From: Psammoneis japonica
Lineage: Eukaryota
DNA length: 64,000 nucleotides
Direction: 5' to 3'
Assembly: GCA_008632985.1 (NCBI GenBank)
Contig: QPGO01000184.1
Span: 1 to 64,000 of the forward strand
Shown here: piece after piece, positions 49,430 to 61,168 of the stretch
Layout: every line of letters begins with the position of its first letter
How positions within the stretch are numbered: the first letter of the stretch is position 1
Position numbers and translations under genes: made by a program
The notes under the pieces: model-generated
Database searches by the model: none
What the model was told of the DNA's origin: nothing
The model's input: the letters and a program-made list of their open reading frames with translations, nothing else

Positions 49430-51094
49430 TCAGCTTTCTTCACTGCCGTCCTTGTGCCGCGCCTTTTCCCTAGCTGCACTTTGAGCTTCCAGAACCAAAT
49501 CAGGCTTTGCTTTGATCAACTCGAAAAGTGTAGTGCTGGGAGTGAAAGCGGTTTTAGCAGCCGTTTTCTTCCAAGGCTGAAACTTGCAGCGACTTGTTGT
49601 GCTCGTGGTGGGACGTCCAATCAATGCAAGAATGGACGGATAGATCTTCGTTTGGATTCGACGACTCTCGAGAGCAGCAGGATAGGCATTGAGTAGCGAT
49701 TTGATACCATCGTTCCATGTTCGGCGGCAAGAGTCAATGGCAAGGACGAGTGGGAGGCGTCCATTCTGACCGTGAGGAATACGAGCAGCCGCGGGGTAGT
49801 GCTTGAGCAGAATCTTGATCACCTTGTTAAAGCCTTCTTTGGTACACGATGGAGTCATGTTACTCAAAAAGGATACACCCGAGGCCAAGCTATCCTCATC
49901 AGACAAGTTTAAGTTGGCAGGGGTGTCGTTACTGCTTTGCTGACTTGTAACATACGACGAAGCCACCGCAGCAATATGAAGGGGAAGGGCACCGTCTTCA
50001 TCCATTTCGCGGACCTGATTGGGATGTATCGAAATGGCCAGCATAATCATCTCAGGAGGACATCCATAGCCCGTCAGGCCTACAGAAGCATGAACCACAC
50101 GAAACTTGCGCGCGCCACCGGTAGTAAACTGCGATGGCTGTCCTTGTTCCAGTTCGTGGCGGTGCCTCTCGGCTGCCCAAGCAGCAGCCTCCTGCGCGAC
50201 TGCAGCCTCGGCCGGAGACGAGGCGTCCATATCAAAAAACTCCGCTATTCGCGACTCTTCACGCTGCAGCCGCGCTTCTGTAAGCTTGCCTACAATCAGA
50301 CGCGATTTTTCCCAGAGTTCTCCAAGATCTGCCTGCACCGTGACGGCTGCAGCAAGGGACGCAGCGGGAGAAGTGCGTTCATTCTCTTCCTTACGTAACG
50401 TTTCCACTGCCTTGATGACAACCTTCACTCGTTCTCGGTAGCGACGAAATAAAAGACCGAGTGGAGTCTGACCAGAACAGTCGCGCATGGTCATTACATT
50501 GACAGTCATGGACTCGGAGGCGGTGCTTTTGTCATCTTCCTCGTCGTGAAATTCGTACTCGCACTCATCTTTCATCTTGACATTTCCCGACTCAATAGTG
50601 GCATCGAGTAGCACACGAAACGCATCCACACCGAGTCCTCGAAAGGACATGCAGGCATAGTGGATCGGCGCTCTTCCCGTTTTCGTGAGAACGGCAGCGC
50701 TTGAAAGACTCACGCACGTCTGACTATTCTCGTTTTCCGGCTTTGACTCTAGGAGCGAAGAAATCACTTGAGCGGAGCATCTGTGACTGGCTGCAATGTG
50801 AAGAGCCGTTGCACCTTCCGCGTTCCGTTTCTGACAAGCTGGCATGAGAGCACGGACGACGTTCTCGGGTGGTCCTAGCCTACATGCAATGTGGAGAGGC
50901 GTATTGCCGCTCCCATCTTCTTGAATCAGAATCTCGTGAGGATGTGAACTAGCCCTACTAACGACTTGTTCCCAATCCCTGTTCTGAACCAAGTAAAACA
51001 GAGCTGGTAAATTGGGGTGCCTGTAGCGTCTCTGGCGACGTCTCGACGCAAACGAAATGGGGTTTCCTCGAAGGTCTGTCAATAAGTGCCGCAT
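49430..51094 (-). CDS. Ankyrin-repeat protein (554 aa), intact
   Basis: GNTPLHIAC, GATALHIAA, GRAPIHYAC, GALPLHIAA and GRLPLVLA. Normal Tyr content. Confidence 0.88.
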   Translation of the reverse strand: MRHLLTDLRGNPISFASRRRQRRYRHPNLPALFYLVQNRDWEQVVSRASSHPHEILIQEDGSGNTPLHIACRLGPPENVVRALMPACQKRNAEGATALHIAASHRCSAQVISSLLESKPENENSQTCVSLSSAAVLTKTGRAPIHYACMSFRGLGVDAFRVLLDATIESGNVKMKDECEYEFHDEEDDKSTASESMTVNVMTMRDCSGQTPLGLLFRRYRERVKVVIKAVETLRKEENERTSPAASLAAAVTVQADLGELWEKSRLIVGKLTEARLQREESRIAEFFDMDASSPAEAAVAQEAAAWAAERHRHELEQGQPSQFTTGGARKFRVVHASVGLTGYGCPPEMIMLAISIHPNQVREMDEDGALPLHIAAVASSYVTSQQSSNDTPANLNLSDEDSLASGVSFLSNMTPSCTKEGFNKVIKILLKHYPAAARIPHGQNGRLPLVLAIDSCRRTWNDGIKSLLNAYPAALESRRIQTKIYPSILALIGRPTTSTTSRCKFQPWKKTAAKTAFTPSTTLFELIKAKPDLVLEAQSAAREKARHKDGSEES

Positions 51095-51504
51095 CTTTTC
51101 TCAGAACATTTCTCGATTACAAACTACACGTCCCAAAGAAAAGGATCAATGGATATCTTTTCCGCACCTCAGGAGACGGCTGCCTGCATCCGTTGAAGAT
51201 GTGATGACTTTGCGGCTACCTACAGTCGTGCCTGTTTCACTCCAACTCTTGCTTTTTGTTCTTTTCCTCGTGTCATTCATCAAACGGATGAGACATATGC
51301 GCAGTTGTGAGGTGAAGCAGTGTCACACGAAAAAATGGCGGGATTTGATCGCCCACATTTTGGGTTTATCCATGCACGCAGGTATCTATGATCCATGCAC
51401 ATGAATTATCTTCAGAGGCATATATTTATTTCATAGCATTAGACATGTACACAGCACAGCCACCTATGATACGGTACAGTACGAAGTGGAAGGTTGCGAC
51501 TTAC

Positions 51505-52918
51505 CGGCACTGTGTCTCACATTCGTTCCAACCGCGCACTCTAATTGCATGGTTTTCGTTGGTGCCACCTTCATCATTTTGTCAATGGGGTGTCAACATC
51601 TTCTTGCATGCCCATTTTAAAGATGACTCACATGCACGTTATCATCAATGCATTGCCAACAGTTGTCGCTCTCAGAGAAGAAAAGCTGCTGCTGGACAGC
51701 AAAATGTCAGAGAGTTGAGGTGTTGTGTGTGTTCTCTGTGCCAGCCAGCATGAGAAAACCAACCACCACCCATTTGTTGCTCTCAAAACTCTAAAGTTTT
51801 GCTTCATGTGCCACCTTCTCATGCTTTTCTGTGGTGGTTTTCAATTTTCTTTTGTTTCTCTGCTTCAACGACCGTGCTCACCATTGAAACTGCTCTTGAC
51901 CTTTCTCTGACAAAAACAAAAAATTGGGAGTGCAGCGATCTCTTGAAGAGCTGCTGTGATGGATTGAAAACCCCCCCTGTCAATTTGAGGCACAAACACT
52001 TTGTGTGCAGGAAAAAACAGATCATGGCACACAAACAGCTGGAAGTTTTGACAAGGTTTTTCAATGGCTTCCACCAAACAAGACATTGATGGTTGCTCTT
52101 GTCAAGCTGGTGAAAGAGCAAGCAACCTCAGCATCAAAAACAAAGCTCATGATGTGCCACATTTGTGTCAAAAGCTGCCCCTTGTGGGCATCTCAGCTGA
52201 GGAGGTGCAGCCAATTGGACCAAGATTGCTGTGTGTTTTGGCACCCTTTCTTTTTCAGGCCAAGCACCTTGACATTGTGCAACCCGGCCATTCAAAAGAT
52301 GCCCAACCCTTGCAATTCTCTTGCAGGCAGCCAACTGGAGATCTGCACCAATCTTGTCAATTAAAAAACCTGAAACTCCATCAGCTGCATTTATCTCAGC
52401 ATGGCTCTTTGTGCCTTGTTGTCTTCACATCCAAGCACATGTTGCAGTGATCAAGGCCCCGCCTGTCTCATGCTGAATTTTGACCTTTTCACATGGGTGA
52501 CAATTTGACACCATGACAGACACACAGTTGCTCACATGGCAAAAAATTGTCAACTTTGACAGACAAACATTTGATGCTGTGGGGTCTGACCACCCCCCCT
52601 GCCAGTGCAAGGAAAATGTGTTTCACAATGAAACAGCCACCCATTTTCCCCGCAAGAGTGCCCACACCCTCTGTCCCTGCAAAACTTGCAAATTAAAATC
52701 ATTTGCATTTGAATGTTTTATTTTCTTGTTTGCATTTGAGCTGCCACTCAGTGCCGATGGCAACAAAGAACTCTGAAGCATTGGGAACAATGCAGTTCAA
52801 AAAACAAGAAGAGCAGGAGATGTGTTGCCTCTTGTCTTGCAAAGTGTGACAGCACAGCACACAAGTGCTTGACAAGCACCACATGCCAGGATTGCAAGAG
52901 AGAGGGAGAGAGAGAAAG

Positions 52919-52963
<45 letters not shown>

Positions 52964-54350
52964 GAGAGAAAAAGAAGAAGAAGAGAGAGAGAGAGAGAGA
53001 AATTGTCAAAAAGTGCATGACAAAAATCCAATTGTGAAGGTCAACAAACAGTCTCCCCCAATGAAGCAAAACACAGCCTTTGTGGCTGTGGGTTTGTTCA
53101 CAGCATTTTTGCTTGGCGCAAATCATTCCATGGCATGTCTTTTTTCATTGTCATTTGGCACAAACACTGCCCACACTTCCAGCAACACAAGCGTGCTGAT
53201 GGGATTTGGCTGCAGAAAAAGGCTCTGGAATTTTTCAGCTCTGTGTGTGGTTGGGTCTAAAACATGTCAGAAGGAACAATGGTCTGTGGCCAAGGGCTTG
53301 CAGCTTGGCCAAGTGCCCACACTGGGTGAATCAACTCACAGGGTGCAAAGACACAAGCTCACCATGGCATTGCTGACAAGGCCAGGCACTGACTGTGAGC
53401 AGTGGCACTTTTCAAAGTGGCAAGGGCAGAAATGCAGAGGCACCGAGATGGCACATCTCCAACACTTGGTTGGGATCTTGTCAACTCAGTGAACTCCAGC
53501 CACTCGTTGGCAAAAAAGCTGCCAAACATCAACTTTCTCCTGTGCTGTCCCACCTCATTGGGCAGCCACTCAACAAAACAGAGCTCCTCCCAACAAGCAG
53601 CATCATTGCCGACCACAACCTGCCAGGTGCCTCATCACAAAAATGCTGACAAAGAAAACAGAGGCAATCAACACTCTCAAAACAAAAATGCCTGAGTTTG
53701 CTGTGGGTGGCCAAGCACCAAGCACCCAGCTGCATGTGCCCCTTGCGTGAGATTGGAGACAACAGAATCTCACAATGGATGGCTTTGGCTGCCATGGATC
53801 CAAGAATGGTTTGATGAGTTGACCCCCTGCACCCAGAGCGACTTGTTGGGAACTCCAACCACACTCAGTTGACCCCAAGGATCGCTCCAGCAAAAAAAAA
53901 ACTTGGCTCTGCTCCTGGATCTGATTTTTGAAGAAGCAGCGGAGCTCTCAGAGTGACGTCGTTGTTGAAACTGCCCAGGCCACGCAGCTTGTCTCTGAGC
54001 AAGCCAGATCCAGCAGCTCACAGGCCCTTTGTCTCTCTGTTCCTTCCGGTCCAGAGACACAAAGCCATTTCTTGTCCATCCGATGAAGAAACTGTTTGTC
54101 AGGAAGGAGCGCAGAAGTTGACAAAGCAAAAAGTTGATCTTTTTGGATGTGGCTCTCGTTCATTCAACATTTCAAGCAGTGGCAACATGCGTCGCAGTGC
54201 ACAGAACAAGTGCGCCATGGTGGTGTGTCACCGGACGACGGCCAGCACACCGCACAGAATTTCAGATGTCGCTGCGATCGCTGTCTCGCTGTTCGCCGCA
54301 GATGAACTTCACAATGTTGCCTGTGCCGCATTGTTGACAACAACAATAAA
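51505..54350. mobile_element. Isolated TA-depleted, CpG-poor island; probable unclassified transposon relic
   Basis: Abrupt compositional switch between normal flanks. No termini or domain recognised. Confidence 0.5.
52896..53002. repeat. (GA)n microsatellite
   Basis: Direct inspection. Confidence 0.95.
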
Positions 54351-54366
54351 ACCAAACACCACAAAT

Positions 54367-56470
54367 GGGACACGGGCATTCGAAACGAGAGGCAGAAAAG
54401 AACGAGCAAGAACTGGAAACTCAACGTCGTGCCGAGCATCGTCGCAACCATCACGCTCAAGGTGCAGCCATTGGAGTCAAGTTTGGGCATGAACGATACA
54501 TTACGGTAAATCTCACTACTTCATCCGAACCGAGTCGTCGTGGGTGGCTATGCAACATGTTGCGGACGGTAAGTCGACAGTGTGGGAACTTTCAGCACTT
54601 TTTTGATTTTTCATAAGATATTCTCAATCACACTTATATGCTGCTGTTATGCTTGTTAATTTATGCATAGACAATTGCATCAAGTGCTTTTGGTGGCAGT
54701 GGAGCAGACGATAGCTCTCCGCCTGGTCGAGAACATGTTGGATTGGGACTTGTATTTTCGTACCAAGTCGGGTTCAACCTTTAAAAGCTCGGTGCTGAAC
54801 GATCCGTAGTTTCAGGAATGCTGTTACCGGAGACGATTATGCTGTACAATTTGATGTGCTCATTTCGTTGCTTTCGAGAAAATTCGAAGCTTATGGTCTC
54901 TCCAAGCAAGGTGGATGCGGTTCCCATGTTGGATCTAGATCGGCCCAACTATCTGGATCCCAAACTGCGTCGCGGGCGGCCCAAGCTCAGTTTTAGCAAT
55001 GTCCAACAACTTATAAATCCGCAAGCTTCTCAAGGAATTGATTCAAAACAATCAAAAACTTCAACAAGAATGAGGCATGCATTTTGACGCGATTGAATCT
55101 ACTACATCCCAACAATGTCTTGGACACCTTGGTGGATATTAGAGAGTGCAATGTCCCCTATTTGGTTCGCGTTTGTATCGACTTGAACATTCGTGCGGGA
55201 GCGTGGTTCTACACGGTGACGCCCATAATGCACACGATACGGGCGTCACGTGCGATCAAGATGCCGAAACCAAGGCCAATCTATCCTTTCTGGCCTTTGA
55301 TATCGAGTGTGCCAAGGTGCCGCTCAAGTTTCCCGATGCGGTGGTAGATTCCATCTTTATGATGTTGTACATGGCCAATGGACAAGGCTATCTACTTTTG
55401 TCTCGTTGTGTCGTTTCACAGGATGTGATCGACTTTTAGTGCACGCCCAAGCCGTCGTATCCCGGGCCATTTACCATTTTCAATGAAGAGTCGGAAGAAG
55501 AAGCGCTCTTGAAACGATTCTGCGCCGAATACCAACAACACCGTCCGCAAATTATCGTGACTGACGTATGACTGGGACTTTTTCGATTGACCCTTTGTGC
55601 AAAAGCGCGCTGTCTTTTATAGACTGGATATCTACAATGAAATGGAAGTGTAGCGAATTGGAGACAGCGAGTAACGGGGGCGTAGATGCAGGATCGTTCA
55701 CTTGGATGCGTTTCTTGGGTGCAACCGGATTCCTACTTTTCAAAGGGCGCCCAAGGTCTCAAGGCGCGGTGGCAAAACACAAGCTTGGGTATGATCCAGT
55801 CGAGGTGGACCCGGATGACATGGCGCGAGTTGCGCAAGAACGAGCGGTCCATATGACGACCTATTCATCTTTTGCCTTTGCACCATTATTCCCTTGGGAC
55901 CCGAAGAAGCGGCAAACAAAAAAATATCATTTGTCCCAACAAGCAAGTTGACACCTTGGCCGATGTTCACAATGGGCATTTACTGGAGGGTGAATTGCTT
56001 ATTGGCAGCAAGGTGGATAGTGTCTCGAGACGGGTGTCTACGTTCGGACATGGTTTACAAGTTTGATTTGAAGCCGAGCGCGTTAAGGGTTTGATTGACA
56101 ATGTTGATCGGGATCTTACCTTTGCTATTGAAGTGGAGGGTGGTATGGATCGGACCGAGATTTGCAACTATGATTAGGTAAGTTCTTGTTGTTGATTAAT
56201 GTTCTGTAGTTTCAGTGCCGTACTCACGGTGCTCTCTTTTCTTGTTTCTATCAGATTCGTTGACAGATTGTCGAGCAGCTCGGGTGGAAAAGCCATATGT
56301 TTACTATTTGGACGTTGGTGCCATGTATCCAAACATTATTCTGACCAACCTCCTGCAACCGGGAGCCATTTTGGATGACGCTACCTGTGCTTCGGAACCC
56401 TTCCTTCAATCCAAGAATGACCGCAAACGCAAGATGGACTGGGTATGGCGTGGTGAATACAACCCTACCA
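54367..56470 (+). pseudogene. POLE: DNA polymerase epsilon catalytic subunit, N-terminal part, with stops, frameshifts and deletions
   Basis: RRGWLxNML, DIRExxVPYLVRVCID, LAFDIECxKxPLKFPD, KLGYDPVEVDP, YYLDVGAMYPNIILTNxLQP and RKMDWVWRGEY. Confidence 0.9.
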
Positions 56471-57435
56471 AAGACCTGCTCTCTTCACCCACCTCCAAAC
56501 CCGAGGCCATGATGTTTTTGCAAAACACAAGGACGGTCGTCGTGGATGAAGTTGATCGGTTGCTCAACATTCAAAAGTCACGTGCTGCATCCTCCCAAAA
56601 GAAACTACACGAAAAGCCAGCAGCCATCGTTACATCGGCCGTGACACGGTTGACGCTGGGTCAGTGTCATGTGGTTTGTGCCAGTGCCACCGTGGGTCGG
56701 CCGCTACGACGAGAAGTGGCACGAGTCTTGGGATTACCGGCACAAGATTGTCCACAAGTCATTCGAGGAAACGAAATTATGAAACAAAAGCAACAACATC
56801 AAGGATCGAATACGAGTCGTGCTTTAACCATTCCTAGCTCTGTTGAGAAATTTGTTCTCGCCGTGGATGGTTCGACTGTTGGAAAGCTCTTGATATCGGC
56901 ATTTTATGCCATAAAGCTGCTTCCCAAGGATTCATCGAAATGAATATTGCTGGTATTGACACGGGGTGGCGGTGTCAATACTCAAAACTCCATTGGTGCA
57001 CTGAAGCATTTTGGCTGTACACCCAATCCACAGTCCTTGTTGGATGCGCTTGGAGCGGATGGAACGGACAATATGATTGAAGTGCATCGTCAAGTGTCGG
57101 GTGCCACAGGTGTGGGTGAGTCGTATTTTAACAACAACGGCCAGTCTGAAGCTACAGATAGTAATGACACCAAGGAATACTTACTCGTGACGGGAGAAGA
57201 TACCGTTCGGGGATTGCATTTGGGTGGGCTCGACATGGTGATTGTTGTGGGACGTCCCAATGGACCAGATGAGTACACTCATATTGCTGGGAGAATAGGA
57301 CGGGCGGAACGGCGTGGCAAGGTTGTTACTGTGGTTTCAGAAGGCAATATGCGGCGGCTTTGAAATCGTGGGAACGCATGCTGAATGTGAACTTTGAACG
57401 ACTGGACATGGACAACGTAGCAACAAGCTTGACGT
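56471..57435 (+). pseudogene. DEAD-box RNA helicase C-terminal two-thirds, fused in frame to the POLE fragment; internal TGA at 56941
   Basis: VVVDEVD (II), SAT (III), VRGLHL (V) and YTHIAGRIGR (VI). Motif I is absent. Confidence 0.85.
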
Positions 57436-57946
57436 GAAATTTTAGAAATGATATGAAACAAACGTCTTGCTTTGATGCTGGAGCTTTATTTGTCGGAGAA
57501 AGCGTGTGTACCAGCTAATAATCGTGCTGATGCTGATCTAACACTGTTGAGTTGCAATGACGGCTTTTTCAAATACCATGTGTCGTTACCAGGTAGTGGA
57601 TCATGAGTTTTGATCGATGAATAGCAATACGAGAAGGCAGACGCATCCGGGATGCTACGAATGTGAAAATGCGATTCAGTTGCTTTCTTCAAACTATACT
57701 TGGAAAGTACTCTAAAAGGAAAGAATTGGTCCCTGTGTTTGCTCTACCATACTCTTTAGAAAGTACCCACAGAGGGCTAGAATGTGCTAGCTACAGTACG
57801 CTAGAGTGTAGCCCTAGTAGGGCAGTAACTATAACTACATAGAAACCTTTAGAGAAGCGAACGATCATGATTTTAACATACTGTACTATACTTTCCGCTC
57901 GAAGCTAACTAATAACATATATCCCCTCGATGCTATTCGAGACTCT

Positions 57947-59086
57947 CTAACGTCTCAACTGCATTATCTCCCACCTGATCTCTAATGCTTCCACGTACTT
58001 AAACAACGATTCGAAAGGCGAGCCTGATTTGTTGCAAAATTGTGACCCACAACTTCCAATGGCAGGTTCGGGCACCTCAGAAGCGTTTTCGGGATCTTCC
58101 CAGGGTTTCAAAAATGGTAGAGAATCTTGAAGAACGTTCATCAAACGCATTGGCGTATCAAACACTTTCTTTCCCCAATATTTTGCCTTCCACTCAATCG
58201 TAGAGCGACAGTCAGACAGAATTGGGTTCAGAAACGAGACCTTTTCAAAAAGCAGGCTCGCCTGGGTCTTTGCTAGCGTAGTCAAGCGTGTCGACAATTC
58301 CAAAACTCTCTTCCCCCAATGTCCAACACTCGGTTTGATCTCAGAGAGACCGTTAGACAAGATTGGGTTCCGAAAAAAAGGCAAAAAATCATCGCGTTCC
58401 CGCAGAACGCGACGAGCCTGAGTCTGGATTTGCGCGATGAAGTCGTTTGAAAATACGTCTACAAGTTTCCACCAAAGCTGAAACACTTCCGACTTGATAT
58501 CCAAAAAGCTGCTGTATGTGTCCGACAAGAAAGCCGACTGGATCTCCAAAAATATCGTCAACGTATCTTGGAACGGGACTGCCTTGGTCTGAATCGTGCT
58601 GTCGGGAGTGGTGTTGCGAAAGAGTTGCTGGAGGCTGCCGTTGGAGTCGCCATTGTTGTCCTGAACAAAATATTCATAGACACAATACTCGTTGGGGTCT
58701 TCTGCTGGTACAATCGTGGGCGTGGTATTACGTAGGAGGTCTTGGACGCGACTCGGAGACTTGTCGCCGTCGTCAAAATAAACGCAAAAGCTGGAAATGA
58801 TGATGGCGTTTTCGAAGGGAATAGTGCTGGGAGCGGTGTTGGTGATGATGTTATGGTAGTAGCTGGTGGTAGTATCGATATCTGAGTAACTGGTGTTGTC
58901 CAAAAACTTGCGTAGGAGCTGTTGGTTGATCGTGGCGATACTGTCTGTCGCCGTGGTTGCCTTGATCGACAAGGCGCTAACGGAGCGCTTTGCCGTATCA
59001 ACAAACGAGGCAGAGAGAGGACTGATGATGGCACCAGCGCTCATGGCGGCAATGATGGCAAGGACAAAGTTCATGATTTTCATGAT
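57947..59086 (-). CDS. Hypothetical protein with N-terminal hydrophobic/signal segment and internal repeats
   Basis: Long open frame in normal-composition DNA. Likely start MKIMNFVLAIIAA at ~59083. Repeats LLRNTTP/LFRNTTP and NPILS...WGK (x2). Confidence 0.55.
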   Translation of the reverse strand: MMKIMNFVLAIIAAMSAGAIISPLSASFVDTAKRSVSALSIKATTATDSIATINQQLLRKFLDNTSYSDIDTTTSYYHNIITNTAPSTIPFENAIIISSFCVYFDDGDKSPSRVQDLLRNTTPTIVPAEDPNEYCVYEYFVQDNNGDSNGSLQQLFRNTTPDSTIQTKAVPFQDTLTIFLEIQSAFLSDTYSSFLDIKSEVFQLWWKLVDVFSNDFIAQIQTQARRVLRERDDFLPFFRNPILSNGLSEIKPSVGHWGKRVLELSTRLTTLAKTQASLLFEKVSFLNPILSDCRSTIEWKAKYWGKKVFDTPMRLMNVLQDSLPFLKPWEDPENASEVPEPAIGSCGSQFCNKSGSPFESLFKYVEALEIRWEIMQLRR

Positions 59087-59547
59087 GGACTGTGAACTGA
59101 GGAGCAATTCAGAAATTGTGAGAACACTCGGACGGGACGAGAGACTGTCTGCAATGGAGGCGCCGTGGTACAAGAGACGTAGAAATCTACGTGGCGTGGA
59201 CCGTTTCTTCGTTGACTTGAAGTTCCAAGAAAGTTTATCACACACACGACACACCACGCTCACAAAATCGACGACGTTTTGGCGCAGTTGGTGTGCGTAT
59301 TGATCTTAGCCGTTCGTGCTACCAAGTTCCACGTTCCGTCCATCCATCCGCCCGCCGAGCGATTTCCGAGCGATCATCAGCTATTTTATTTAGTCTACTG
59401 GTACCGGCATTCATACGGTACATGTGGTTGCTGTCTACAGTATGCTATTTCACTGCAAAACAGTATCAAAGTAGGGCTATTTGCTGTTATTCTGTTTACA
59501 GAATAAACCATGTTCGATGTTGTTTTCGAACCTTTTCGTGGACTATC

Positions 59548-61168
59548 ATGATGTGCTGCGCTATCTTTATCCTAGTTTTTTCTACCGCGGAGGTTGTGTC
59601 TGGTCAAGTTGCCGAAGATTCATCGTTGTGCACGCTTTGTTCGAATGGGGGAGATTCTGTGTCGGACTGTTCCTCACTGGGCGCTTATGCGGGCTCCCTA
59701 GAAAGTAACACGTAAGAGTGCGATAAGGTGCATAGTCAATTGGTAGTATCTGTGGTCGCACAATTCAAGATGATGCATGCCAGCTGTGACAGCTGTGTGT
59801 CGGAGAACCCATGACCCATGACGAATCCGCGGGGAAACTGCTTGTGCTTGAATCGGATTTTGATGGCGTGGTATCGACTGGCGAGTTGTTTGAGGCATGT
59901 TTACACTCTCTCAATGCGGATACCTCGAAGTGCTTTGAGGCTACTTCAATAGGTCCATTATATTGTAAGGGAGGATTCTTTCCTAGTTGGGTACTGTCCT
60001 CTTTCATGCGACTTTGTTGGTGCATAAATCGCTTTGGCATTTACAGAAGGTGACGAAGACTGCACCTTTAACCGCAGGATAATAGGCTATTTATGTGGGT
60101 GCCAAGGTGACGAGTTGCTAAGACGCCAGAGGATCTTGGCGTGGATGCCAAGAATCTCAGCTGTCTTGTCTATCCTTGTGAGTTCATTTTGTTGCCGAGG
60201 AAAAAAACTGTTTCATACTTATCTCAATGTTGCTGATTCGGGCGAGTTGAATACGACAGGGATCTTCTTTCATAACCTACGACATTGTTCGAAGAAAAAA
60301 GAGCACTCGCCAGCATAGCATACTCCTATCTATGAGCTGCATAGATATCATGTCATCGACAGCATGGCCACTCTCAACACTGCCCATTCCAGAGGACTGA
60401 GGGCACTATGGCGCCAAAGGAAATTATGCAACCTGTACGGCTCAAGCATTCTTCATCCAGTGGGGAGTTGCCGTACCTTTCTTCAATCTTCCCCTTGCCC
60501 TCATTACTTGCTATCCATGGTATATCGGTTGAGCGAAGATAAACTCAAACGATTCAGGGCTGGACTATGTATGACCCTTGCTTGCGCAGGGATCCCCAAG
60601 TATGGTGTCAGTATCACAATGTGTCATTTTGAAAGCGACTATGAAAATGCGTTCATTACGGTTCCTGTTGGGCTCGTCATGGTGTGCGCTACTCTGATCA
60701 TGATGAAGATACTCTGGACAGTCTATTGCCAAGAAAATCGATCTTTCCACTGGAGCACGAACCAGCGCATGAGCCTTTCCCGGGCAGTGTTTTGGCAAGG
60801 TTTTTGGTATCTCCTCTGCTTTTACCTCTATTGGCCTGTCGTCTTTGTTGTTTCTTCCACTTACACAGAAATTACTACACTCGGTTGGGCTTGTTGTGCG
60901 CGGCTCTCTTTTTGATTTCTCTCCTGGGATTCCTTAACTTTCTCGCGTACTCGGCTTGAGTATTCTGCGCTCGATGAAGACTAGTTGTTGTGGCGGCTTA
61001 AAACTACGACGGGCGGGTTTCACCTCAACAACGCATCCCAGCTCAGGTGCAAACCTAAGTGGCGCAAATAATAGGCAAAACGCCCCTGGCGCAGGTTCGA
61101 ACCTTAGTGACACAAGCAAAAAGCAAAACACCGCTGATGGAACGGCACCGCCTCATGCCATGGCATAA
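59548..61168 (+). pseudogene. Diatom-type 7TM/GPCR-like protein with Cys-rich ectodomain, disrupted
   Basis: Signal peptide, CTLC, GYLCGC, LAWMPRISAVLSIL, LACAGIP and VFWQGFWYL, with multiple frameshifts and stops. Confidence 0.65.

Noticed and set aside
57770..57822. Inverted repeat AGGGCTA...TAGCCCT followed by CTAGT as a Helitron 3' end
   Set aside because: Hairpin geometry does not fit the usual short stem upstream of CTRR, and no matching 5' end was found.
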